DNA of 64,000 bases from Mobula hypostoma (Eukaryota), in contig NC_086097.1 of assembly GCF_963921235.1 (NCBI RefSeq), positions 101,744,001 to 101,808,000 of the forward strand, written 5' to 3'. The notes below the pieces were generated by a model. That model was given only the letters and a program-made list of their open reading frames with translations, was not told the DNA's origin and made no database searches. This document shows, piece by piece, positions 54,192 to 64,000 of this stretch; the first letter of the stretch is position 1, and every line of letters starts with the position of its first letter. Both the position numbers and the translations under genes were made by a program.

Positions 54192-55560
54192 TATAGAACA
54201 TAAAACAGTACAACACAGGAACAGGCCATTCCGCCCACAATGTTGTGCTGAACCAGCTAAGCACCCAAACACTAATCCCTCCGGCCTGCACAATGTCTAC
54301 ATCCCTCCATCTTCCTCACATCCATGTGCCTATCCAAACGTCTCTTAAAAGCCTCTAATGTATTAGTCTCTACCACCACAGCAGGCAGGGCATTCCAGGC
54401 ATCCGTTATTCTCCGAGTAAAAATCTTACCCCCCCCCCCCGCAGAGCCTAAAGCCTCTCACCAGATATGCATGCCCTCTGGTATTGGATACTTCAACCCT
54501 GGGGAACAGATGCTCCCCGTCTACTCTCTATGCCTCTCATAATCTTGTAAACCTCTATCAGATCTGCCCTCAGTGCTCTATAATTAGGCCATAGGTTTCC
54601 AATTGCTCATACAGGTATATCCTATCCAAGAATTTTCTCCAGCAATTTCCCTACAACAGACATGAGACTCACCGGTATACTGTACCCAGGATTTTCCCTT
54701 GTTCCCTTCCTAGAGGTACAACATTAGCCACTCATCCGTCCTCCAGGACGTCACCCGTGGCTGGAAAGGACATGAAGATACTGGTCAAGGGACCAGCAAT
54801 CTTGACTCTTGTATCCTTCAATAACCTGGGGTAAATCCCATCAGGCACTGGGGACTTATCCAACTTAATAGTCATTAGGAGACCCAACACTTCCTCCTCC
54901 TTGACTTCTAGATGTCCTAACGTACTTATACACTCATCACAGACCTCCTGGCCCTCCATATGCTTTTCCTTAGTGAATACTGAAGCAAAGTACTCATTAA
55001 ATACCTCACTCACATTCTCTGCTTCCAAGCAAATGACCCACCCTCTCTGTGGTTATCCCCTTACTCGTGATGTATGTATAGAATGTCTTGGGATTCACCT
55101 TAATCCCATGTGCCAAGAATTTTTCATGGCCCCTCCTGACTTTCCCAATTCCCTTTTTTAATTCTTTTCTAGCTTCTTCACAATCCTCATGGGTTTCATT
55201 TGATCCTGACTTCCAAAGCTTTACATACTTTCCCTTTACCTTCTTGACTAAATTCATCACCTCTCTGGACATCCAAGGTTCTCTTATCTTTCCATCCCTG
55301 TCCTTCACTCTAACAGGAGCACACCTTTCCTGTACCCTGTGCAATTGATCTTTAAACACCCTCCACACGTCTGATGTGGACTTGCCAGAGAAAAGGTGTT
55401 CCCAATTAACGCTTCCTAGTTCCTACCTACAGCTCTTGTAATTTCCCCTAATCCAGTCTAAAACTCTTCCACAAGGACCATAACTATCCTAATCTATAAC
55501 TATCCTGAAAGTTAAGGAGTTGTGGTCACTGTTCACCTACTGAAAAGTCAGTCACCTGAT
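54192..55560 (-). mobile_element. CR1 fragments (a 3' end at ~54192 plus an internal EN-RT linker)
   Basis: NEYFASVFTKE, KSPVPDGIYPRLLK and EPWMSREV; 3' UTR ends ...GTACTGTTTTATGTTCTAT on the minus strand. Confidence 0.85.
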
Positions 55561-55626
55561 CATGTTCCAAAGTCTTTCAATTTCCTCTTTTAATTCAGCA
55601 TATTTCTGGTGTTTTTCATGTATTGA

Positions 55627-55918
55627 ATCTGTACATTGTGTGTGTTTGGAATGGTTACAACCGTACATTGTGTGTGCTTGCAATGATTACATCCGTACAT
55701 TGTGTGTGTTTGGAATGGTTACAACCGTACATTGTGTGTGTTTGGAATGATTACATCCGTACATTGTGTTTGTTTGGAATGGTTACATCTGTACGTTGTG
55801 TGTGTTTGGAATGGCTATATCTGTACGTTGTGTGTGTTTGCAATGGTTACATCCATACGTTGTGTGTGCTTCGAATGGTTACATCCGTACGTTGTGTGTG
55901 TTTGGAATGGCTATATCT
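55627..55918. repeat. 32-bp minisatellite, ~9 copies (GTACATTGTGTGTGTTTGGAATGGTTACATCC)
   Basis: Directly visible; GTAC recurs at 55631 and 55663. Confidence 0.95.
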
Positions 55919-55919
55919 A

Positions 55920-56403
55920 TTAATATACTTTTTTTCTCTTTTGTATTTACAGTTTGCTGTCTGTTGGCACACTGATTGTTTGTCTGCCCTGTTGGGTGCC
56001 GTCTTTCATTGATTCCATTGTGTTTCTTGGATTTGCTGTGAATGCCTGCAAGAAAATGATCCTCAGTTTTATAGGGTGATATATATGTGCTTTGATAATA
56101 AATTTACTTTTGAACATTGGACATCTTTAACTTCCTCACCAGAACAATAGTCTGTGTAGATCAGAAAGAACATCTCCTCTTCACTGACAATCAACACTGG
56201 TGCATCTCAAAGATGCATACTTAACCCAATGCTCTTCTCTCCCTGCACTCACGATTGTGTGGCTAAGCACAGCTCAATGCATCTATAAATTCACCAGTGA
56301 CAACTATTGACGGCAGAATTTCAGACAGTAATGAGGAGGTGTACAGGAGTGAGACAGATCAGCTGGTCGAGTGGAGTTGCAACAATAACCTTGCATTCAA
56401 CAG
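55920..56403 (+). mobile_element. Rex1/Babar-like LINE pieces (a 3' tail, then an RT fragment)
   Basis: GATAATAAATTTACTTTTGAAC tail; INTGASQRCILNP and YRSETDQLVEWSCNNNLAFN peptides. Confidence 0.7.
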
Positions 56404-56407
56404 GAGG

Positions 56408-57296
56408 GGGCTTATGCCAAACACAGCATTTAGCCTGATGGCCAAAAAAGTTCAATTTTGGTTTCACCAGACCATAGAACCTTCTTCCAGATGACTTCAG
56501 AGTCTCCCACATGCCTTCTGGCAAATCTAGCTGACATTTCATGTGAGTTTTTTTTCAACAGTGGCTTTTTCTTTACCACTCTCCCATAAAGCTGTGACTG
56601 GTAAAGCACTCAGGCAACAGTTGTATGCGCAGCCTCTCACATCTCAGTCACTGAAACTTGTAACTCCTCCAGAGTTGTCATAGGTCTCCTGGTGGCCTCC
56701 CTCACTAGTCCCCTTCTTGCACAGTCACTCAGTTTTGAGGACAGCCTGCTCTGGGCAGATTTACAGCTGTGCCAAATTCTTTCCATTTCTTGATGACTGA
56801 ACTGTACTCCAAGGGATATTCAGTAACTTGGAAATTTTCTTGTATCCATCTCCTGACTTGTGCTTTTCAATAACCTTTTCGCAGAGTTGCTTGGAGTGTT
56901 CTGGTCTTCATGGTGTAGTTTTTGCCAGGATACCAACTCACCAGCAGTTGGACCTTCCAGATACAGGTCTATTTTACTACAATCAACTGAAACACCTTGA
57001 CTGCACACAGGTGATCTCCATTTAGTTAATTATGTGACTTTGAAAACCAACTGGCTGCACCAGTGATGATTTGGTGTATCATTTTAAAAGGGGTGAATAC
57101 TTAGGCGATCAATTATTTTGTGTTTTATATTTGTAATTAGATCACTTTGTAGAGATCTGTTTTCACTTTGACACAAAAGAGTCTTTTTCTGTTGATCAGT
57201 GTCAAAAAGCCAAACTAGATCCACTGTGACTCAATGTTGTAAAACAATAAAACATGAAAACTTCGGGGAGGGGGGTGAATATTTTTAAGGGCACTG
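56408..57296 (-). mobile_element. Tc1-family DNA transposon, 5' part only
   Basis: Minus-strand start CAGTGCCCTTAAAAATATTCACCCCC; the motif GGGGTGAATA is repeated at ~57090 and ~57272; transposase remnant WKKVLWSGETKIELF. Confidence 0.85.
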
Positions 57297-57504
57297 TTCT
57301 TTGTAGATTATTTGGTCATTGTACATTGCCCTGTGATTAGGTATTTAGGTTGCTGAAGCAGGACCGGAAGTGCCTGTTCAGTGTTGTATCAGTAAATAAA
57401 CAGAGGGAGGAGACAGGAGGATGCAGTTGAGAGGGATCATAAACTTGCCATGAACAAAGCAGACTCAGTGGGCCAACTGGCCTAATTCTGTCTCTGTCAC
57501 TTCT

Positions 57505-58330
57505 GTTCTTATATAATGATCACTCTCCCTAGGGGTTCCTTGGCCTTAAACTCCCTAATCAAATCTGATACATTATGCAACATCCATTTCACGACTGCCT
57601 CTTCCTTAGTGGTCTCAACCACAAGCTTCCTACAAGGCTATCTCCCTTTGTAATTTGTACCCCACAGCCTGGCCACTGTTGGAGGCCTGTATACAACTCC
57701 CATCAGGATCTTCTTAAATTTGTTAAGTTTAAAATTGTTTAAGTTTCTTAAATCTGTCCACAAGAATTCTATGGCTTCTGATCCCACATCACTTCTTCCT
57801 TGGGATTTGATTTCAATGACACCCTCTGCCCATACTCTTGGATGTTAAGCTCCCAGCCGTGATCTTAACACAGCCATGACTCAGTGATGCCTACAACATC
57901 ATACCTGCTAATTCTCTAACTGTGCTACAAGATCATTCAAATACAACTCCTTTGGCCTGTGTCCATGTTGCCAGAAGTTAAATTCTTATCCCTTTGCAAA
58001 ATATTTGTCTTACTCCTTTTCCTGGAGACTATAGTAATATCTCCTGTACTCACCTTCCCTTTAATTTTATCCATGTTTTTCCAAGCTGTTGAACCCATCT
58101 GCCTACTATTGACACTAGCTTAAAGCCTATCCACAACTGTAGTTATGGGATTCACTGGGACACAGTTCTCAGCATGGTTAAGGTGGAGCCCATACTATCG
58201 GAACAACACTGGTGTCAATGTCTCTTGAATTCAGACCACTTGTCCCTCGTCAATCTTTGAGGCATGCATTTAACTCTCTGATTTTATCAACCCTGTGCCA
58301 ATTTGCATGTGGCTCAGGTAACAATCCAGA
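57505..58330 (-). mobile_element. Degenerate CR1 5'/endonuclease-region fragment
   Basis: Similar to 49860-50195 (CTCCCTAAT..ATCTG, CACAAGCT); minus-strand YDVVGITESWL motif. Confidence 0.7.
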
Positions 58331-58334
58331 GCTT

Positions 58335-59420
58335 ATTAGAGTCATAGAAAAGTACAGCACAGAAACAGGCCCTTCAGCCTATCTAGTCCATGCTGAGCCA
58401 TTTAAGCTGCCTATTCTCAGTAACCTGCACCAGGACCATAGCTCTCCACACCCTTGCCATCATGTACCTGTCCAAACTTATCTTAAACTTTGAAATCAAG
58501 CTCGCATGCGCCACTTGTGCTGGCAGCTCGTTCCACACTCTCATGACCCTCTGAGTGAAGAAGTTTCCCTTCATGTTCTCCTTAAACTTTTCACATTTCA
58601 CTTATGACTTCCAGTTGAACTCCCTCCCACCTGCTTGCATTTACCCTATTTGTACCCCTCATAATTTTGTATACCTCTATCTATCAAATCTTCTCTCAGT
58701 CTTCTACGTGCCAAGGAATAAAGTCCTAACCTATTCAATCTTTCCTTATAACTCAGGTCCTCCAGACACGGCAATATTCTTGTAAATTTTCTCTGTGCTC
58801 TTTCAACCTCATTTACATCTTTCCTGTAGGTAGGTGACCAAAACTACACACAATACTCCAATAGACCTCATCAACACCCTATACAACTTCAACATAACAT
58901 CCCATTTCTTGTACTCAGCACTTTGATTTATGAAGGCCAATAAGCCAAAAGCTTTCTTTATGACCCTAACTACTTGTGACGCCACTTCCAATAAACTACG
59001 GACCTGTATTCCCAGATCCCTTTCTTCTACCACGCTCCTCAGTGCCCTACCATTCACTGTGTAAAATCTACCCTGGTTGGTCCTACCAAAGTGCAACACC
59101 TCACATCTGTCTGCATTAAATTCCATCTGTCATTTTTCAGCCCATTTCACTAGCTGAACAAGATCCCACTGCAAGCCATGATAGCCTTCCTTACTGTCCA
59201 CTTCACCCCTAATCTAGGTGTCATCTGCAAATCTGCAGATCAAGTTAACCGCATTATCATCCAGATCATTGATTATAGATGACAAACAGCAATGGACCCA
59301 GCATCGATCCCTGCAGCACACCACCAGTCACAGGCCTCCAGTCAGACAGGCAGCCCTCTACTGGCACTCTCTGGCCCCTCCCACATAGCCAATGTCTAAT
59401 CCAATTTACTACCTCATTCT
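58335..59420 (-). mobile_element. CR1 3' portion
   Basis: MEFNADRCEVLHFGR, KKAFGLLAFI and NFFTQRVMRVWNELP; tail GTACTTTTCTATGACTCTA. Confidence 0.9.
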
Positions 59421-59722
59421 TTTTGGTTCTCTGTTTTGTTCTCTACCCACTAACTTTAATCGTCCTGCAACAAAGAACACTTTCCAATTGCTGGCTGCAT
59501 CTGCATGTTAAATTTCCGTGAGTTAAATACAATGGGATCCTGGTGCCTCTGGACATCAATAACTGCCAATCTCTCAATGTTTAACTCCTGTTTTCTACCA
59601 CAGTGGATGATCTAATTCCACATTCCATTTGCTTGCCCAAAGACTCACCTCCTGTAGCTCTATGAAACAGTCACAACACGTTGGAGGAACTCAGCAGGTC
59701 GGGCAGCATCCGTGGAAACGAT

Positions 59723-59760
59723 CAGTCGACGTTTCAGGCCGGAACCCTTCGTCAGGATTG
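59723..59760 (-). ncRNA. Minimal type I hammerhead ribozyme motif (inverted pLTR copy)
   Basis: CAAUC CUGACGA A GGGU-UCCG-GCCU GAAA CG UC GACUG: core boxes and the GUC site are intact. Confidence 0.75.
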
Positions 59761-59906
59761 AACAGGGTAGGGGCAGAGGCCCTATAAAGAAGGTGGGGGG
59801 AGGGTGGGAAGGAGAAGGCTGGTAGGTTCCAGGTGAAAAACCAGTAAGAGGAAAGATAAAGGGGCTCCGCTGCTCCCGCCGGATTCTCCACGTTACGCTC
59901 GCTGCC

Positions 59907-62727
59907 ATGCGGAGATACCTACGGGCCCTGTCCTTCTCTCTACCACCACTCCGGGCCTCACTCTCCACCGTCTGCCATGGACCTCTCCTACACTTCATTC
60001 TCCGCCGGATTCACACCTCCAACCGCCGTTTCTTCTCCTTCCTCGCGTCCAAGAAGGACCACAAGCTCGTCCGTCTGGAGCCCACGACGACGACCGGCTC
60101 CAGCCCGAACCCCGACTTCTCAGACCTTCGGCAGGCCAAAGACCCATCCACCTCTGACTCTGACCCCGACTCGAACCACGGCCTCCCAGACATGGGGACC
60201 AGCCCCCGGCGGGCCAAGGACTCACTCACCTCCGACTCCGACCTCAGTTCTGGGGCCCTGTAGGCCACAGGCTCTGCCACCCCCAGCTCCAGATCCAGCT
60301 CAGACTGAGGTCCTGACCCTCTCCAGACCGGGACCGCTCTTACTGCTGCTGGTTCCTACTGCTCGTCTTATTCCTACACTACCCTCTATCCTCCCCACAA
60401 CTCCCAACCTTCCCCCTACCCCCATCGCCCCCCATTCCTCTGATCCCTCATCATCCCCTAACCCCGCTCTCCCTGAATATCCCAACCTCGTCTCCCTCCT
60501 GAGACCTCCCACTCTTTACCCTCCTCTGACCCCAGCCCCAACTCTTGCCATGTGTTCACCATCCTCTCTGACCTTCCCCTCTCTGAAGCAGAATGTTCTG
60601 TCCTTAACAAGGGCCTCATTTTTGTCCCCCTCCGTCCACACCTCAGTGAATTCTGTGCCCACCATGACGCTGAACTCTTCTTCCATCGCCCACGTCTCCG
60701 AGCCTACTTCTTTGGCAAGGATTCCCCTCCCGCTTCTGATGACCTGTTCTCCCATCTTCAACCCTCCTCTCCCTCCTGGACACCCCGCCCAAGCCTTCTA
60801 CCTGCACTCGATCTTTTTATCTCCAACTGTCGCCGAGATATCAACCATCTCAACTTCACCACTCCTCTCTCCTGTTCCAACCTCACTCCCTCTGAACGCA
60901 CTGCCCCCTACTCTCTCCGCACTAATCCCAACCTCACCATCAAACCCGCTGACAAAGGTGGTGCCGTAGTAGTCTGGCGGACGGACCTCTACCTCACTGA
61001 GGCCAAAAGGCAGCTCTCTGATACCTCCTCTTACTTACCCCTGGAACAGGACCCCACCAAAAAAATTCAAACCATTCCCTCCCGTACCATCACCACCCTT
61101 ATCAACTCCGGGGACATTCCATCCTCATCCGCTAATCTCATGATTCCTACACCCTTCACTGCTCGGTTTTACCTCCTCCCCAAGATCCACAAGCCTGACT
61201 GTCCCGGTAGACCCATAGTTTCTGCCTGCTCCTGTCCCACCGAACTTGTATCTGCCTACCTGGACTTCATTTTGTCACCCATAGTTCAGTCCCTCCCCAC
61301 CTACATCCGGAATTCATCCCATGCCCTCCACCTCTTCAATGACTTCCAGTTCCCTGATCCCGACCGCTTCATTTTCACTATGGATGTCCAATCCTTATAC
61401 ACCTCCATTCCCCATCAAGAAGGCCTCAAAGCCCTCCGCTACTTTCTGGATAACAGACTTCACTAGTTCCCCACCACCACTACCCTCCTCCGGTTGGTGG
61501 AACTGGTTCTCACACTTAATAACTTCCCTTTTGGCTCTTCCCACTTCTTCAGACTAAGGGTGTAGCTATGGGAACTCGCAAGGGCCCTAGCTATACCTGC
61601 CTCTTTGTTGGTTATGTGGAACAGTCTGTGCTCCAAACCTGTTCTGGTACTGCTCCCCAACTTTTCCTTCGCTACATTGATGACTACATTGGTGCTGCTT
61701 CCTGCACCCATGCTGAGCTCGTCAATTTCATTGACTTTACTTCAAACTTCCACCCAGCCCTCAAATTCACTTGGTCTATCTTGGACACTTCTCTCCCCTT
61801 TCTCGATCTCTCGGTCTCCATCTCTGGAGACAGACTGTCCACTAACATCTTCTACAAGCCCACTGACTCTTATAACTACCTCGACTATACCTCTTCCCAC
61901 CCCGCCACATGCAAAAATGCTATTTCCTATTCCCAGTTCCTCAGTCTCCGTCGCATCTGCTCCCAGGATGAGGCTTTCCGTTCCAGGACATCTCAAATGT
62001 CCTCTTTCTTTAAAGATTGTGGTTTCCCTTCTGCGTCATCAATGATGCCCTCACCTGCATCTCCTCCATTTCCCGCACTTCGGCCCTCACCCCATCCTCC
62101 CACCACCACAACAGGGACAGAGTTCCCCTTGTCCTCACCTACCACCCCACCAGCCTCCAGATCCAGCACGTTATCCTCCGCAACTTCCGCCACCTTCAAC
62201 AGGACCCCACCATTAAGCACATCTTTCCCTCTCGACCCCTCTCCACTTTCCGCAGGGATCGGTCCCTCCGCGACTCCCTTATCCACACGTCCCTCCCCAC
62301 GGATCTCCCACCCAGCATTTATCCCTGTAAGCGTAAGTGCTACACCTGTCCCTACACCTCCTCTCTTGCCACCATTCAGGGCCCCAAACAGTCCTTCCAG
62401 GTGAGGCAACACTTCACTTGTGAGTCTGTTGGGGTCATCTATTGCATCCGGTGTTCCCGGTGCGGCCTCCTCTACATCGGTGAAACCCGACGCAGATTGG
62501 GGGACTGCTTCATCGAGCACCTCTGCTCTGTCCGCCACAACAGACAGGATCTCCCGGTAGCCGCCCACTTCAACTCTGCTTCTCATTCCCATTCAGATAT
62601 GTCCATACATAGCCTCCTCTACTGCCATGATGAGGCTAAACTCAGGTTGGAGGAGCAACACCTCATATACTGTCTAGGTAGTGTCCAGCCCCTTGGTATG
62701 AACATAGAATTCTCCAACTTCCGGTAA
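59907..62727 (+). pseudogene. Penelope ORF (disrupted): RT followed by GIY-YIG endonuclease
   Basis: IKPADKGGAVVV, FYLLPKIHK, GRPIVS, MDVQSLYTSIP, RYIDD, LPFLD; Cys linker CKRKCYTC; VIYCIRCSRCGLLYIGETRRRL; stops at ~60263 and 61466 plus frameshifts. Confidence 0.92.
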
Positions 62728-62992
62728 TTCCTTCCCCCTCCCTTCCCCTATCCCTATGTCACTCTGCCCCCTCCCCCAGCTGCCTACCACCTCCCTCATG
62801 GTTCCACCTCCTTCTACTACCCATTGTGTTTTCCCCTATTCCTTCTTCACCTTTCCTGCCTATCACCTCCCTGCTTCCCCCCCCCCCACCCCTTGATCTA
62901 TCCCCTTACTGGTTTTTCACCTGGAACCTGCCAGCCTTCTCCTTCCCACCCTCCCCCCACCTTCTTTATAGGGCCTCTGCCCCTTCCCTCTA

Positions 62993-63030
62993 CAGTCCTG
63001 ACGAAGGGTTCCGGCCCGAAACATTGACTG
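62993..63030 (+). ncRNA. Minimal type I hammerhead ribozyme motif (3' pLTR copy), cleavage region mutated
   Basis: CAGUC CUGACGA A GGGU-UCCG-GCCC GAAA CA UU GACUG. Confidence 0.7.
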
Positions 63031-63353
63031 ATCTTTTCCACGGATGCTGCCTGACCTGCTGAGTTCCTCCAGCATGTTGTGAGTGTTGCTTTGAGCCCAG
63101 CATCAGCAGAGTATTTTGTGTTTACGTAGCTCTATGAAACTCTTCTGTATCCTACTTACCACTTACCGCTCAGCAGTCAACGTTTCACTCACTGCCCTCA
63201 TCCAGATCCTTGACAGTCTGTGAGCCGTTGTCAATTCACCATTTAATGATGGAGCCTGATGGAGCACACCATGCTATGAAAAATGCTCTGGTGTTTGCAG
63301 TAGGATAACAAGGTGAAAGAGACAACCCTGCAGTTTTTCCATGCCCTGGAGTG

Positions 63354-63651
63354 CCAATCATACACCGAGGGGTGGCTTCATCCAATCAAACGCCAAGGTG
63401 TGGCTTCATCCAATCATACACCGAGGGGTGGCTTCATCCAATCACACACCGAGGGGTGGCTTCATCCAATCATACACCGAGGGGTGGCTTCATCCAATCA
63501 AACGCCAAGGTGTGGCTTCATCCAATCACACACTGAGGGGTGGCTTCATCCAATCATACACTGAGGGATGGCTTCATCCAATCACACCCCAAGGTGTGGC
63601 TTCATCCAATCACACACCGAGGTGTGGCTTCATCCAATCATACACCGAGGG
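63354..63651. repeat. 28-bp minisatellite, ~11 copies (CCAATCATACACCGAGGGGTGGCTTCAT)
   Basis: CCAATC at 63354, 63382 and onward; directly visible. Confidence 0.96.
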
Positions 63652-63799
63652 GCGGCTGGAATGCACAACCCTGTGGCTCCGGGTATGAGCTCTGCCCAGG
63701 GTGCGCTGAGGCATTCTTGTCTCTCTGAATGATTTAAAAAAAATAATTACATTGATACTCTCTCTGTTTCTAATTACCTCTACCAGCCAATCCATTCTA

Positions 63800-64000
63800 G
63801 CTCAACGGTAACATCTCAGAGGGCAGAAATTCCACCCTAATCAATACATACTCCTGAAGCACTCAGGTCATTACATCCTGGGCACATTTCACACCACCCA
63901 CCATCAGTAGTATCCACATGAGGTGCTGTCTCAAGAAAACAACATCCATCATTAACGATCTCAACAAAAGAACCATGCCATCTTCTCTTAGCCATCATCA
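63800..64000 (+). mobile_element. Degenerate Rex1/Babar-like 3' fragment running off the window
   Basis: AGGTGCTGTCTCAAGAAAACAACATCCATCATTAACGATC resembles 30070-30110 (CLRKAASIIKD). Confidence 0.6.

Larger units (their letters stand above)
59669..63125 (+). mobile_element. Penelope-like retroelement (RT plus GIY-YIG) with an inverted 5' pseudo-LTR
   Basis: 15-bp TSD GTAGCTCTATGAAAC (59654-59668, 63126-63140); ~59671-59863 is the reverse complement of ~62890-63082. Confidence 0.94.

Noticed and set aside
55562..56012. Cys-rich ORFs here and repetitive ORFs at 63313-63728
   Set aside because: Translations of the 32-bp and 28-bp minisatellites
59977..60969. 330-aa Pro-rich ORF
   Set aside because: An alternative frame over the C-rich Penelope ORF; most simply explained by composition

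Overview
Eukaryotic, repeat-dense intronic DNA. The repeat families (CR1, Rex1/Babar-like, Tx1, Penelope, V/Deu-SINE-like) suggest a cartilaginous fish such as a ray or shark; this is inference. Only one host exon was found: a 176-bp minus-strand coding exon (52611-52786) of a polypeptide GalNAc-transferase, most like GALNT16 exon 2. Positions 1-23155 are a tandem array of ~35-37-bp monomers with kb-scale higher-order duplications and five copies of one 91-bp micro-inversion. The remainder is nested transposons, several with fully readable ends: (1) a non-autonomous Tigger/pogo element with a long internal hairpin; (2) a Helitron deletion derivative (TC...CTAG, A|T site, RepHel N-terminus, 87-bp repeats); (3) a 174-bp TG...CA solo LTR; (4) a full-length L1 with a 17-bp TSD inserted in an old Tx1 LINE; (5) a Tc1 fragment; (6) a Penelope-like element with inverted pseudo-LTRs, a 15-bp TSD and two minimal hammerhead ribozyme motifs. 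There are also many CR1 and Rex1-like fragments. Family assignments rest on recalled motifs, not database searches. I found no clearly new multi-gene system; the findings are structural curiosities of repeats.
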